From: an uncultured Chloroflexia bacterium
Lineage (GTDB): Bacteria; Chloroflexota; Chloroflexia; Thermomicrobiales; Thermomicrobiaceae
Assembly: GCA_963785465.1 (NCBI GenBank)
Contig: CAWAVM010000004.1
Span: forward strand, 9,908 to 73,907
Length of the DNA: 64,000 nucleotides
Direction of reading: 5' to 3'
This document shows, piece after piece, positions 39,912 through 51,810 of the stretch. A program made the position numbers and the translations under genes. The notes beneath the pieces were generated by a model, which was not told the DNA's origin, ran no database searches, and was given only the letters and a program-made list of their open reading frames with translations. How positions within the stretch are numbered: the stretch's first letter is position 1; each line of letters opens with the position of its first letter.

Positions 39912-40544
39912 ATGAACAATTTGCCGAGCAACGTCTTTGTCATTCGAGACGCCGACACCCTGAAAGCAATCTCTGATCCGCTACGCCTGAAGATCTTCGG
40001 CCTGCTGCAGGATCAGAACATGACCGTGAAACAGCTAGCAGTGATACTCGAGGTCGCGCCCACGCGTCTCTACTATCACATGAATCAGCTCGAATCGCTC
40101 GGCTTGATCAGGGTTGCTGCGACGCGCGTCGTCGCCGGAATCATCGAGAAGCAATACCGGGCAAGCGCGACACGCGTCTCGGTTGACAGAGCCCTCTTCA
40201 GCCCGGGCACAGCTCCAGTCAACGAGACGATCGAGACTATGCTCACCGCCATTCTCGATGGAGTTCGTGACGCGGTCCGAGAGAGCGTCCAGGCTGAGTT
40301 GGTCAATCCCGAGCGCGAATCTCCAGCCGAAGGCGGACTGCTTCTCGGACGCCGTTGGATGCGATTGACGACCGCGGAGGCTGGCGAATTGTATGACGGC
40401 CTGGTCGCCCTGCTCGAAGAGTTCGATAGCCGGCATCAGGACGGCTTGTTCACTGGTACACATCCGTACGAGGTGTTGCTCGGGCTCTACCCGGTAACAG
40501 AATCGGCAGAGAACACAGAAACGGAAATCGATCCGGATGCGTGA
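39912..40544 (+). CDS. ArsR-like winged-HTH transcriptional regulator with C-terminal extension
   Basis: ISDPLRLKIFGLL...MTVKQLAVILEVAPTRLYYHMNQLESLGLI. It overlaps the MFS start by 8 nt. Confidence 0.7.
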   Translation: MNNLPSNVFVIRDADTLKAISDPLRLKIFGLLQDQNMTVKQLAVILEVAPTRLYYHMNQLESLGLIRVAATRVVAGIIEKQYRASATRVSVDRALFSPGTAPVNETIETMLTAILDGVRDAVRESVQAELVNPERESPAEGGLLLGRRWMRLTTAEAGELYDGLVALLEEFDSRHQDGLFTGTHPYEVLLGLYPVTESAENTETEIDPDA

Positions 40545-41829
40545 GCTATCAACAATAACGCAACATCCCAATCCGAATCGTGCGGGGAGCGACTTCTGGA
40601 TCTTCTGGGGTGGGCAAACCGTCTCAAACATGGGCAACGCCATCACGTTGCTGGTCATCCCGCTTCTCATCTTCAAGCTGACCGGCTCCGCGCTCAATCT
40701 GGCCATCGGGACCGCGGCGGTCTATCTCCCATATCTCCTTTTTGGACTCTGGATCGGTGCCGCCGTTGATCGACTCGACCGCCGTTATGTGATGATTGTG
40801 GCAGACATTGGACGGACATTGATGCTGATTTCGGTTCCGGCATTTGCCGCGGCCGGAATTCTGCACGTCTGGTGGGTTTATCTCGTCGGATTTTCAAACT
40901 CCACGTTGGGAATTGCCTTCAACACGGCGGAGTTCGCGTCGATCCCCCATTTGGTCGACCGGCGTAATCTTGTCAGCGCCAATGGACGAATTCAGGCGAG
41001 CTACTCGGTTTCGATGGTCGCCGGGCCCCTCGTCGCTGGAGTTTTTCTCTCGATCACCAGCCCCGAGACCATTCTCTTCTTCGACGCGCTGACCTTCATC
41101 GTCTCCATCATCTCGCTCCTATTCGTGCGACGAAGCTTGAATCCTGCCGCTCGAGCAATCGTCCAGCGGGCGAGTCTGCGCGGCGACGTGCTCGAAGGCC
41201 TACGCTATGTCTGGCGAAATCCAGTGCTACGTTCGATTTCGATCATGATGGCACTGGTCAATTTCGTCGGAGTCACGACGTCGGCGCAGCTCGTCTTCTT
41301 CGCCAAGGAACGGTTCAATGCGAGTGACGGGCGCGTCAGCCTCCTCTACTCAGTCGGTGGCGCCGGCGTCGTCGTCCTCTCGCTCTCGGCGGGAATTCTT
41401 CGAAGGCACTGGAATTTCAGTAAGGTCGCGCTCGGTGCACTGCTCCTGAACGGACTGCTAACGGCAATATTTGCGTTGACGCCGTTTTATTGGGTCGCGC
41501 TGCCTCTGTGGGCCTTCGCGGCCGGATTCGGAATCCTCTTCAATATAAACACCGGCAGTCTGCGCCAGTTGATCGTGCCGGATCATCTGCTGGGGCGGGT
41601 TTCGAGTGTCGCATCGGTTCTAGCTTGGTCCGGCATTCCGATTGGGAGTTTTCTCGGTGGTCTGGCAATCGAGTGGAGTGGCGACGCTGCAATCGTCTAT
41701 TTTGGCATCGGTATAGCCATTGCGATGATTGCCGCGGTATTCTCGTTTAGCGCCTTGGGACGAGCCGAACAGTATCTCGATCCCGCCATTCCGGACTCGG
41801 AGCAGGAGGCTGAACCAATTGCCGCCTGA
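40537..41829 (+). CDS. MFS transporter (EntS/MFS_3-like)
   Basis: 430 aa with about 12 TM segments and a GAAVDRLDRR loop 2-3 motif. Confidence 0.8.
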   Translation: MRELSTITQHPNPNRAGSDFWIFWGGQTVSNMGNAITLLVIPLLIFKLTGSALNLAIGTAAVYLPYLLFGLWIGAAVDRLDRRYVMIVADIGRTLMLISVPAFAAAGILHVWWVYLVGFSNSTLGIAFNTAEFASIPHLVDRRNLVSANGRIQASYSVSMVAGPLVAGVFLSITSPETILFFDALTFIVSIISLLFVRRSLNPAARAIVQRASLRGDVLEGLRYVWRNPVLRSISIMMALVNFVGVTTSAQLVFFAKERFNASDGRVSLLYSVGGAGVVVLSLSAGILRRHWNFSKVALGALLLNGLLTAIFALTPFYWVALPLWAFAAGFGILFNINTGSLRQLIVPDHLLGRVSSVASVLAWSGIPIGSFLGGLAIEWSGDAAIVYFGIGIAIAMIAAVFSFSALGRAEQYLDPAIPDSEQEAEPIAA

Positions 41830-41894
41830 TCTGCCGCGGGCTCATCTCCGTTGGAAGATCAGAACTGCCGTCTCGAACGCCATCTGGAGACATC

Positions 41895-43166
41895 ATGACA
41901 TTCCAGCTGGTCACGCTTACTTCCCAACCTGACTTCCTTGATTTCCCCTGGGATCAGCCGCTGGCAGAGTGGCAATCGGACCAGATCGTTGATGCTGCCC
42001 GTGGCATACATCGCCACGTTGTGCGCTTTATCAACTGCGACGGTCGACTCTATGCCTTAAAGGAGCTACCAGAACGCATCGCAGAGCGAGAGTACCGATT
42101 ACTACGAGCGCTAGCCGAGCGTGAAATCCCCGTCGTCGAAGCCATCGGCATCGCACGACGCCATTTGCCTGAAGGTTCCGCTATTTCGACTATGAGAGAA
42201 GAGCAACCAGCTATTCTCATCACGCGCTATCTCGATTTTTCACTGCCCTACCGGATTATCTTTGCCACCATGAGCCCGCCGGAGCTTCAGGATACCCTCC
42301 TCGACGCACTTGCCGAGTTGCTCGTTCGCCTGCACCTGATGGGGTGCTTCTGGGGAGATTGCTCGTTGTCGAACACACTGTTCCGCCGCGATGCCGGAGC
42401 CCTGACAGCGTATCTTGTCGACGCCGAGACGTCCGAGATTCACCCCACCCTGTCCGATGGAATGCGCTCGTTCGACCTGGACCTGGCGATCGAGAATATT
42501 TTCGGGGATCTCATCGATCTTCAAACGGGGGGACGTCTACACGAGGATGTGGATCCGCTACAGACGACCCAGGATATCCGCAGGCGCTACGATGGTCTCT
42601 GGTCCGAACTCACGCGTGTCGATGTCTTCGGGGCGAACGAGCGCTATCTGGTCGATGCACGTTTGCGACATCTCAACGCGCTCGGATTTGATGTAAAAGA
42701 GGTTGAGCTAGTGCGGACCGGGGACAAATTTCGCCTGAAGCTGCAAACTCAGGTCGTCGAGATCGGCCATCACCGGCGAAAACTCCTGCTCCTCACGGGC
42801 CTTCAAGTACAGGAGAATCAGGCACGCAGATTGCTCAACGACATTGCTGGCTATCGCGCTCATCTCGAAGGGGAATCAGGAGCGTCCATAGCCGAGTCAG
42901 CCGCGGCTCATCGCTGGCTCTTCGAGATCTTCGAGTTCGCCGTCAATCGCATTCCGCTGGATCTGCGCGATAAGCTGGAACCAGCCGAGATGTTCCACCA
43001 GATCCTTGACCACCGCTGGTTCTTGTCGGAAACCGCTGGGCGCGACGTCGGACTGGCCGAAGCGGTCGATTCCTACGTGCACAATGTTTTGCGCTATGTC
43101 CCCGACGAACGACAGGTCCTCGCTAGCGGTGACCCGGATGAGCTAGATCCTGAGCACTACTCATAA
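41895..43166 (+). CDS. kinase-like fold protein with DUF4032-type C-terminal domain
   Basis: The N-terminal half resembles RIO/lipopolysaccharide-kinase-like proteins (YALKELPERIAEREYRLL, WGDCSLSNTLF). The family name is from recollection. Confidence 0.55.
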   Translation: MTFQLVTLTSQPDFLDFPWDQPLAEWQSDQIVDAARGIHRHVVRFINCDGRLYALKELPERIAEREYRLLRALAEREIPVVEAIGIARRHLPEGSAISTMREEQPAILITRYLDFSLPYRIIFATMSPPELQDTLLDALAELLVRLHLMGCFWGDCSLSNTLFRRDAGALTAYLVDAETSEIHPTLSDGMRSFDLDLAIENIFGDLIDLQTGGRLHEDVDPLQTTQDIRRRYDGLWSELTRVDVFGANERYLVDARLRHLNALGFDVKEVELVRTGDKFRLKLQTQVVEIGHHRRKLLLLTGLQVQENQARRLLNDIAGYRAHLEGESGASIAESAAAHRWLFEIFEFAVNRIPLDLRDKLEPAEMFHQILDHRWFLSETAGRDVGLAEAVDSYVHNVLRYVPDERQVLASGDPDELDPEHYS

Positions 43167-46151
43167 CGCAACGCCTCGGCGATCGGAACGCGCGCGGCCT
43201 GACGTGCCGGAATGTAGGCCAGCAGCAGCGAAGCCATTACCGAGAGGGCGATGAAGATCAAAACGTCGATCCACGGGATCGCGAAATTGGCTTTGCTGGA
43301 TGAGCCGACAAAGTAATCACTGGTAACCAGTTTCTGCGACAACAACAAACCGAGAATCGCCCCCGACACTACCCCCATCACCGTGATCATCGTCGATTCG
43401 ATCAGGAAGCTTGCCGCCACCATCGAACGCTGGAACCCGATCGCTCGCAGCATGCCAATCTGCTGCCGTCGTTCGACGACCGAGCGGAAGGCGATCACTC
43501 CCAGCGCCGCGATTCCGACAACCAGACCAAGCATCATGAACCCTTCGATCAATGTGAGGATGCCTTCATTGATTCTTGTCGCCTCTTTCAGAATCTCCTT
43601 GTAGGAATCGGCCTGCACACCATAGATAACCAGTGACGACTCGATCGTCTTCGCCATCGCCGCCGAATCGACTCCAGGGTTCACCCGTACCACGTAGCTA
43701 ATGTAGGAGGGCTGCGCGTAGATTGCGTCAAAGCTTCGCTCCGACATCCAGACGCCGGGGAACGTCGCGACCTGGGAGTCAATGACACCAATTACGGTCA
43801 AGGTTTGAATCGTGCCGGTCGTGGGATCGGCGATCTCAATCGACACCGGTTTCATCGTCTTGTCGCCAGGAGCCAGCTGGGCAATCTTGAAGTTCGGGCC
43901 CCCAACCTGGAATGAGCCGGGGTTCGGCACCGCACCAGCATCGACGACAGCAACATTCGGATTGTCACGCACCGCTGCCCAGACATCCGCATCACTGGCG
44001 TACCCTGTCGCGCGGATCTGTAGAGGCATCCGCGAATTGTCAATAAAGTCAGCACTTGCACCGTTGATCGAATAGTTTTTCCAGTCTGTCTCGCCCGCGA
44101 CACGTATCTGCGACTGGAATGTCGCACTCGTTTCGAATCGGCCCGTCGCGGCGATTCCGCTCGTGTCGACTCCAGCGGAGTCGAGCGCCGCGGTCAAGTT
44201 AGAGACTGGATTTGTTGGCGACTGAGCTGCCACGACGTCCCAGCCTCCCGATGAATACTCCGATCCAAGAATCATTGAGTAGGCGTTGGAGTTGATCGTT
44301 GCCATCATGACCAGCGCAAAAACGACGAGGCTGAACATCGCGATCGTCATGCCGGTACGCCCTTTACGCTCCAGCGGGTACGCGATCGCCGTCTTCACCG
44401 CCGGTATCCAACGGCTGGAAGCTCGCCCCAATATACCGACAAACCAGGTGACGATTTCCGCGTTCCAGATGATGGCAACCGTCGCCGCGGCAACCAGCAT
44501 GATGCCCGACACGAAGAACATCTCCAGCCCGCCACCACCAAGTTTGGGGAAGATCTTGGCCGACAGGGATGATGGCATCAGCCAGTATGCGAGAACCAGC
44601 AGAGCCGCAATCAGTGTAGAGAAATCGTGCTGGGATTCCGAATCGACGCAACAGGACGGCTACACCGAGAGGCACGATCGATATGCCGAGCGAATATGGG
44701 AAGACTTGGTTTCCAGTTGTTCCGACGTACATCAGGAGCAACCCGAGCAAAGTCCCGAGTATCCCGAAAATCAGCCAGCGACGCCCGGCTCTTACGTGTA
44801 TGGGGTCCGGAATGTCGCGAATAGCCTGCACGATGTTCAAGCGACTTACGCGCCAGGAGGAGACCATGATCGTCACGAACGTCACAACTACGCCGAGCGT
44901 GTAGGAAATGACCAGGCTGCGCCAGTTCGCCGTCGGATGAATCGGAAAGTACTGACCGATCAGGCGGGCCATGAACCCAACCATGATGAAGGCCACCAGA
45001 ACGCCTAATGCAGCTCCGACTAACGCCGAGAGGAGATCGTAGGCGATCCCTTCGGCCAGGAACATCTCGGTCAACTGCCGCCGCTTCATGCCGACGGCTC
45101 GTGCCATCCCCAATTCTGACTTCCGCTCTGCGGCCAACATGACGAAGATCAAGAAGATCAGCAGAACGCCAACCGAAATCGAGAAGAGGCCAAAGACGAT
45201 GAAGAGGGTCATGAAGACGTTGCCGAGTTGCTCAGCCGAATTGAGGTCAGTTTGCTTGGCCGCGATCGCCTGGTACGGCGTGCCGGCCAGGGCTGAATCG
45301 AGTGCGGACATGGCCGCGTCGGTCTGGTTCACGCCACTCTCGACGCCACCCTTGTTCGTAACCTCAATGGAGCTGATTTTCCCGTCGTAGCCGAGAAGCG
45401 ACTGTGCTCGGTCGAGCGGCATGACGAACCCACCGGATGAACCCGCTGATGTGTAGCCGGACAAATAGGTGTCCCTGGAGATCGAGGTTACGGTCAACGT
45501 CACCGGCTGATTGGCGGCAAAGACCGTGATCGTATCCCCTATCTGTACGTCGAGCTTATCCGCCGCCGTCTTGCTCATAACCACGCCGTTCGCGGGCAGA
45601 GCCGCCAGATCGATCGTTTGACCATCGACGCTCTTCAAATCGCCGAACGGGGCGAGCCTCGTCGGATCAATGCCGGTCAGCATCAGCGCGGGTTCAGAGA
45701 GATTCGTACGCGTGTTGATCGCCGGAACCGGCTCAGCGACCACTGGCAAAAGCCCTTCGATCACCGGATTGCCATTGAGCTTTGCCTCTAGATCGCTGAC
45801 GAGCGATTGCGGAATACGTGCACCCGTTTGGGCGCTAGTGTCGGACGTTCCGGTGCGCAGCACCACACGCTCATCCTGCTGTCCGACGATATCGAGCACC
45901 TGCCCGCGGATACTCGAACTAAGAGTATCGCCGGTGGTAAACGCGGCAGCGATGATGAGGGTACTTAACATCAAACCGATCACAATTAAGATGGTCTGCG
46001 CCGGCCGTCGAGGAATATTGCGCACGCCAAGCTTGAACACGACCGGGTTTCGGACCAACACTAGACCGGTGATCGCCGCAACAATTCCAAACAGTATGAG
46101 GAGCGTGATCATAATCGAATTTGTTGAGACACCGAAGATCGTATTCATCAA
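43157..46151 (-). pseudogene. ABC transporter permease with two FtsX/MacB-type modules, frame broken by one extra nucleotide near 44600-44625
   Basis: The 595-aa ORF is module 1. It turns to non-membrane-like sequence after ...LLRRFGIPARFLY. The +1 frame continues with a TM helix, LIAALLVLAYWLMPSS..., then a second periplasmic domain and FtsX TMs. Length minus 1 nt gives 998 codons. Confidence 0.8.
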
Positions 46152-46186
46152 CGCATCCTGTCTGCTCGATCACGAGTGTTGTGGTG

Positions 46187-46927
46187 CTAGCTCAGAATTC
46201 GGCCGTCGCGCATCTCGATGATCCGGTCGCATTTAGCTCCGATGCGCGGGTCGTGGGTTACGAGCACAAACGTCTGCTGATTACGAACATTGAGTTCGCG
46301 CATCAGATTCATGACGTCGTCCGCGGTGTGCGTGTCCAGATCACCGGTTGGCTCATCACCCCACACGATCGTTGGGTTGTTGACCAGTGCACGGGCTATG
46401 GTCACACGCTGACGTTGCCCTCCCGACAGTTCGGCGGGGCGATGATGTTCCCAGCCGGAGAGATCCACCAGATGCAGCATCTCCCCCGCACGAATCCGCG
46501 CATCCTTCTGATTCACGCCGGCAACGAGCAATGGCAGTTCGACGTTTTCGACGGCGTTCAGCACCGGCAACAGGTTGTAGAACTGGAAGATAAAGCCCAT
46601 GTGCCTGGCGCGAAAATCTGTGCGGTCGAAATCCGACAAGACAGAGAGATCGGCACCTTCGATCAGGATCGAACCGGCATCAATAGTGTCGAGTCCCGAC
46701 AAGCAGTTGAGCAGTGTTGTCTTGCCTGAGCCAGACGGCCCCATGATCGCGACCATTTCGCCGCGATAGACCTTGAAATCAACGCCTCGCAGTGCGGCGA
46801 CACGAATTTTCCCCGTGTCGTACGTCTTTTCGACGCTGATAGCCTGAATAATCGGCAGATGTTGTTGGCTTTCAACAGGAGGAGCGGGAGCAGCACGTTC
46901 GAGGGTAGCGGATGCATACGATTCCAT
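46187..46927 (-). CDS. ABC transporter ATP-binding protein (MacB/LolD-like)
   Basis: Walker [10 protein letters not shown], signature LSGGQRQR and Walker B. The internal ATG at 46927 was chosen; the 70-aa upstream extension is not protein-like. Confidence 0.85.
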   Translation of the reverse strand: MESYASATLERAAPAPPVESQQHLPIIQAISVEKTYDTGKIRVAALRGVDFKVYRGEMVAIMGPSGSGKTTLLNCLSGLDTIDAGSILIEGADLSVLSDFDRTDFRARHMGFIFQFYNLLPVLNAVENVELPLLVAGVNQKDARIRAGEMLHLVDLSGWEHHRPAELSGGQRQRVTIARALVNNPTIVWGDEPTGDLDTHTADDVMNLMRELNVRNQQTFVLVTHDPRIGAKCDRIIEMRDGRILS

Positions 46928-47164
46928 CGGTTCGCCTCGTTCCTGGAACGGTTCCGGCCATCGACCACACGAAGCCGGGCAATTCACGAGTCCGACGTTC
47001 CATAAACGTAGGGTACGGCGAAAGCCGTGGCAGTCTCGCATCAACTGACGCGAGGTCGCTACAGTTTCGTAGCATCTTGACACCAGATGATGGCGCCGTT
47101 GACACGACTTGGGGGTCACAATTGAGACGTGCCGCATGATGGTGGGTGCGCCAGAGGATAGGCT

Positions 47165-49264
47165 ATGGCCGCAACGACCACAAAAGAATCATTATCAGAA
47201 AAGCCATTCCCGCTCGGCGCGGTCTGGGACGGCGACGGCGTCAACTTCTCCATTTACTCAGAGCATGCGAGTCGAATCGACCTGTGCCTGTTTGACGATG
47301 CGATTGCGAGCGACGAACACCGCATTCCGCTCGAGTCGACCGGTCACCACATTTGGGAGATCTACCTTCCCGGAATAGGCCCAGGTCAGCGCTACGGTTT
47401 TCGGGTCCACGGCCCGTATGAGCCGGCAGCCGGTCTTCGGTTCAATCCCAACAAGCTTCTGATCGACCCCTATGCAAAAGCCATTGCCGGGAAGGTCGAC
47501 TGGAACGCCCCCGTTTACGGCTTCTCACGCGGGCAAATGGATCTCTCTTTCGACGAGCAAGACGATGCCTGGGGAGTGCCCAAGGGGGTTGTCATCGACC
47601 CAGACTTCGACTGGGAAGGGGACAAGCTGCTACGCATCCCCTTGAATCGAAGCGTCATCTACGAAATCCAGGTCAAAGGTTTCAGCCAGCGGAATCCAGG
47701 CATTCCCCCGGAGATCCGGGGCACGTATTCCGGGCTGGCACATCAAGCGTCGCTGGACTATCTGACAGATCTTGGCGTAACCGCTGTCGAGCTACTGCCG
47801 GTCCATGACGCGCTCGACAACGCGTCGTTAGTATCGCGCGGGCTCCACAACTACTGGGGATACAGCACGCTGAACTATTTCTCGCCGGACGCTCGTTTTT
47901 CCAGCGTTGGAGATACCGGTGGACAGGTAACCGAGTTCAAGCAGATGGTCAAGACCCTTCACCGGGCTGGGATCGAAGCGATCCTGGACGTTGTTTACAA
48001 CCATTCCTGCGAGGAGAACGAATTTGGACCAACGCTCAGCTTTCGTGGGATCGATAACCGAACCTACTACCGGCTAAATCCCGGCCATGAACGGTATTAC
48101 CTCGACTACACCGGAACCGGTAACAGCTTGAACGTCCGCCACCCGCAGGTGCTCAAGCTCATCATGGACAGTCTGCGCTACTGGGTGCTCGAAATGCACG
48201 TTGATGGATTCCGTTTTGATCTGGCGTCGACGCTCGCACGGGAACTGCACGACGTCGATCGTCTCTCGGCCTTCTTCGACATTATCCACCAGGACCCGAT
48301 TCTGTCTGAGGTCAAGCTAATCGCTGAGCCCTGGGATCTCGGTGAGGGAGGCTATCAGGTTGGGCGCTTTCCGGTCCTCTGGAGCGAGTGGAATGGGAAG
48401 TATCGGGACGTCGTGCGTCGCTTTTGGCGTGGCGACGAGAGCTACGTCGACGAACTGGCTTATCGTTTGACCGGCAGCAGCGATCTCTACAGCGGCGACG
48501 GGCGAGGTCCACTCGCCAGCATCAATTTCGTCACAGCCCATGACGGGTTCACCCTGCATGACCTGGTGAGCTACGACCACAAGCACAATGAGGCAAACAG
48601 CGAGCACAACCAGGACGGGGTCGACGACAACATCTCCTGGAACTGTGGAGTCGAAGGCCCAACCGACGACGCGGATATCATCGCCGTCCGGGAGCGAGAG
48701 AAACGAAACCTCCTGGCTACCCTCCTCTTTTCGCAGGGCGTGCCAATGATTTGCGGTGGTGACGAACTCGGCCGCACGCAACTCGGCAATAACAACGCGT
48801 ACAGTCAGGACAACGAGATAAGCTGGTTCGACTGGGATCTGGACGATCGGAAGACGGCACTGCTCGAATTCAGCCGTCGGGTAATCAAGCTACGGCACCA
48901 ATATCCAAGTCTGCGACGTCGAGATTTCTTTCGCGGGTCGATCGACGCACGAACCGGCCTGAAAGACATCACCTGGCTGAGATCCGATGGTAACGAGATG
49001 ACCTACGATGACTGGTTCACCTCGTGGGTGCGCAGTCTCGGGATGTTGATCGCCGATGAAACAGGCAAGAAAGAACACCTCCTCCTTCTCCTTAACGCGT
49101 TCGATGATTCCGTGCTTTACACGTTGCCGTCGCCCGACAGACATGGCCGTTGGGAGGTGCTCCTCTGTACTGAGAACGAAACGATGGACGGCGTCGTACC
49201 CAACACACCTATTCTCGAAGTGTGCCGCCAATCACTAGTGCTGCTTCGCTGGCAGCAGAGTTAA
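47165..49264 (+). CDS. glgX: glycogen debranching enzyme
   Basis: 699 aa with a CBM48-like N-terminus, and GH13 blocks [19 protein letters not shown] and FVTAHD. Confidence 0.85.
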   Translation: MAATTTKESLSEKPFPLGAVWDGDGVNFSIYSEHASRIDLCLFDDAIASDEHRIPLESTGHHIWEIYLPGIGPGQRYGFRVHGPYEPAAGLRFNPNKLLIDPYAKAIAGKVDWNAPVYGFSRGQMDLSFDEQDDAWGVPKGVVIDPDFDWEGDKLLRIPLNRSVIYEIQVKGFSQRNPGIPPEIRGTYSGLAHQASLDYLTDLGVTAVELLPVHDALDNASLVSRGLHNYWGYSTLNYFSPDARFSSVGDTGGQVTEFKQMVKTLHRAGIEAILDVVYNHSCEENEFGPTLSFRGIDNRTYYRLNPGHERYYLDYTGTGNSLNVRHPQVLKLIMDSLRYWVLEMHVDGFRFDLASTLARELHDVDRLSAFFDIIHQDPILSEVKLIAEPWDLGEGGYQVGRFPVLWSEWNGKYRDVVRRFWRGDESYVDELAYRLTGSSDLYSGDGRGPLASINFVTAHDGFTLHDLVSYDHKHNEANSEHNQDGVDDNISWNCGVEGPTDDADIIAVREREKRNLLATLLFSQGVPMICGGDELGRTQLGNNNAYSQDNEISWFDWDLDDRKTALLEFSRRVIKLRHQYPSLRRRDFFRGSIDARTGLKDITWLRSDGNEMTYDDWFTSWVRSLGMLIADETGKKEHLLLLLNAFDDSVLYTLPSPDRHGRWEVLLCTENETMDGVVPNTPILEVCRQSLVLLRWQQS

Positions 49265-49313
49265 GCCTGTTGAACAGGTCGAGAAGTACACGCTCCTCGG
49301 AAGGAGTAACACC

Positions 49314-49616
49314 ATGCACGCACGAGTCATGAGCGGGAAGGTCAAGCCAGGTTGTCTGGAGGAACTCGAACGTCTGATGCGAGAGGTGGTCCTTCCGGCA
49401 TCCGCGGAGCAACATGGTTATAAGGGCGGGTGGGGTCTTGTCGATCCTTCCACCCGTAATGGAATGCTCGTGACCTTCTGGGCCACCGCACGCGATCTGG
49501 AAGAGACAGAGTGCAGCGGGTTTCTCACCAGTCAGCTTTCACGAGTGAGCCAGTATCTAGACGGTCCTGCAATCCGCGAAACGTTCAACGTGATCCTGGA
49601 ACATCAGCTGGCGTGA
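49314..49616 (+). CDS. small hypothetical protein (possibly ABM/Dabb-like fold)
   Basis: 100 aa with a strong GGAAGGAG RBS. The fold guess rests only on size and an alternating beta-alpha pattern. Confidence 0.5.
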   Translation: MHARVMSGKVKPGCLEELERLMREVVLPASAEQHGYKGGWGLVDPSTRNGMLVTFWATARDLEETECSGFLTSQLSRVSQYLDGPAIRETFNVILEHQLA

Positions 49617-49798
49617 ACGAGCAAGGATAATGCGATCTTCGGTGGCTGTTCGAGCCGGGACCGCTCTTGCGAGACACTCGTGGTTTCTTCACGAAATCCT
49701 TGCTGGCCCGCGCATTCGAATCATTGACATTCTGCCCGCTCGTCTCTAACCTCGCCTTGTTGCGTCTTTGTAAATCGGTTGACAGTTGGAGGTACTCG

Positions 49799-50665
49799 AT
49801 GCCCGCGATGTCCGTGTCGGAATACGTCTCGACGCGTCAAATCGGCGATGCCGAGGTCACGATCATCTCCGAGGGAACGCTGGTCTGGGCCCCAGAGTAT
49901 CCGGTTCCCGAGGCGGAGTGGCGGGCGGCAATGCCTGAGGCCGATGCCAGAGGAGCCGTGAAAATGGGACTCAACGTCGCCCATGTGAGGATTGGTAATG
50001 CCTCTGTGATGATCGATCCAGGTTGCGATGTACCGGGTTCGGCCTGGCAAGATGAGTTCGCCAATCGTTTTGGCGAGGTTACCCGAACCCCTGGATTGCT
50101 TCCAGCACTGGGCAACATGGGAGTCCGGCCGGAAGAGATCACCCATGTTCTTATTACACACGGTCATGGTGATCACGTTGCCGGTCTCGCGATCGCACAG
50201 AACGGAACGATGAAGCCTCGATTTCCAAACGCACGCCATTATATTGGCCGGGCCGATTGGGAAGAGAATCCCCAGCGATCCAATCCAGATTCAGAGATCT
50301 CACGGTATCTTGGTGCGGTCGAGCAAGCGGGTCTGTTGGAACTCGTCGAAAACGATCGGGAGATCGTTCCCGGCGTGACGATGATCCCGGCGCCAGGTGA
50401 GACGCGCGGGCACAGCGTCGTTAGAGTCGATTCCAACGGAGAACGCTTCTTCTATCTCGGGGATCTGTTTCACCTCCCCGCTGAGGTCGTCAATATCGGT
50501 TGGGTCTCACCGGGCCGCGACGTGGATGCTATGCGAGCATCGCGCCAGCGCGTTTTGGACGAGGCGCTCCCAACCGGCGCCACCTGCGTCTTCTCGCACG
50601 AGCCCTTCCCAGCATGGGGCCGCATCGTTCAGGAGAACGGTGCCTATCGCTGGGTACGACTTTAG
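49799..50665 (+). CDS. MBL-fold metallo-hydrolase
   Basis: HVLITHGHGDHVAG (HxHxDH). The ATG at 49799 follows GGAGG; the 44-aa upstream extension was rejected. Confidence 0.75.
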   Translation: MPAMSVSEYVSTRQIGDAEVTIISEGTLVWAPEYPVPEAEWRAAMPEADARGAVKMGLNVAHVRIGNASVMIDPGCDVPGSAWQDEFANRFGEVTRTPGLLPALGNMGVRPEEITHVLITHGHGDHVAGLAIAQNGTMKPRFPNARHYIGRADWEENPQRSNPDSEISRYLGAVEQAGLLELVENDREIVPGVTMIPAPGETRGHSVVRVDSNGERFFYLGDLFHLPAEVVNIGWVSPGRDVDAMRASRQRVLDEALPTGATCVFSHEPFPAWGRIVQENGAYRWVRL

Positions 50666-50677
50666 CAGGAGTCAGAC

Positions 50678-51724
50678 ATGCAGCTCGACTGGGGCCGGTT
50701 ATCCCCAACGGATGGCTCGACGACGATCACTACCATCGAGGCGCATGCCGCCGGAGAGCCGTTGCGCATCGTGACTGGAGGCATGCCGGAGCTACCGGGT
50801 GACTCGATTCTCGCGCGCAGACGGTATATGCACGAACACCTCGATCATATTCGGCGCGCGCTGATGTGGGAGCCACGCGGGCACTACGACATGTACGGCT
50901 GCGTGGTCACGGCTCCGGTCTCCGATGAAGCCGATCTTGGCGTCCTCTTCCTCCACAACGAGGGCTATAGCACGATGTGCGGCCACGGTGTCATCGCGCT
51001 CGTGACGGCGTTACTCGAAACCGGCGCGCTGTCAGCTCAAGGTCGCGAGACGCCGGTAAATCTCGACACGCCGGCCGGTCTGGTGCGAGCAACTGCTCAC
51101 CTGGATGATCGTGGACGGGTGCGGAGCGTTTCGTTCCTGAACGTCCCATCATTCCTCTTCTCGCAGGATGTCGAGATCGAAATGCCGAATGTTGGGCTGA
51201 TCCAGACTGACGTCGCGTTTGGGGGAGCCTTCTACGCGGTACTACCGGCCGAACGTGTCGGGTTATCGATATCGCCGGAAGACACACCCGCACTGGTCGT
51301 CGCCGGCGAAGCAATAAAGCGGGCGGTCAACGCAAACCTTTCGCTGCACCATCCTGACGACCCCGACCTTGGATTTCTCTACGGCACCATTCTGACCGGC
51401 CCACCGGAAGATCCGTCGCATCACAGCCGCAACATCTGCGTCTTCGCCAACGCCGAAGTCGATCGGTCGCCGACTGGAACAGGTGTCTCAGCGCGGTTGG
51501 CACAACTTCATGCAAGGGGCGAGATTGGCGAGGACGAGTCGATTGCCGTCGAGAGTATTCTCGGTGCGAAGAGCGCCTTCACCGGTCGCGTTGTGGGGAC
51601 GACTCGAGTCGGCGAAACGCCTGCGGTCATTCCCGAAGTAAGCGGCACAGCCTTCATCACTGGACGGAGCGAGTTTCGCCTCGATCCGGCCGATCCACTC
51701 GGGCGGGGATTTCTCATACGCTGA
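50678..51724 (+). CDS. proline racemase-family enzyme, Cys/Thr catalytic pair (trans-3-hydroxy-L-proline dehydratase-like)
   Basis: The first catalytic position is STMCGHG. The second is DRSPTGTG, with Thr in place of Cys. Confidence 0.8.
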   Translation: MQLDWGRLSPTDGSTTITTIEAHAAGEPLRIVTGGMPELPGDSILARRRYMHEHLDHIRRALMWEPRGHYDMYGCVVTAPVSDEADLGVLFLHNEGYSTMCGHGVIALVTALLETGALSAQGRETPVNLDTPAGLVRATAHLDDRGRVRSVSFLNVPSFLFSQDVEIEMPNVGLIQTDVAFGGAFYAVLPAERVGLSISPEDTPALVVAGEAIKRAVNANLSLHHPDDPDLGFLYGTILTGPPEDPSHHSRNICVFANAEVDRSPTGTGVSARLAQLHARGEIGEDESIAVESILGAKSAFTGRVVGTTRVGETPAVIPEVSGTAFITGRSEFRLDPADPLGRGFLIR

Positions 51725-51810
51725 TCTTCGAACAACCAAGACACAAGTCGGATCCGCGCCCACCCGAGTGATACGCGGATCCAACTGGAGCCTATCGGGA
51801 CTTCGTGAGA

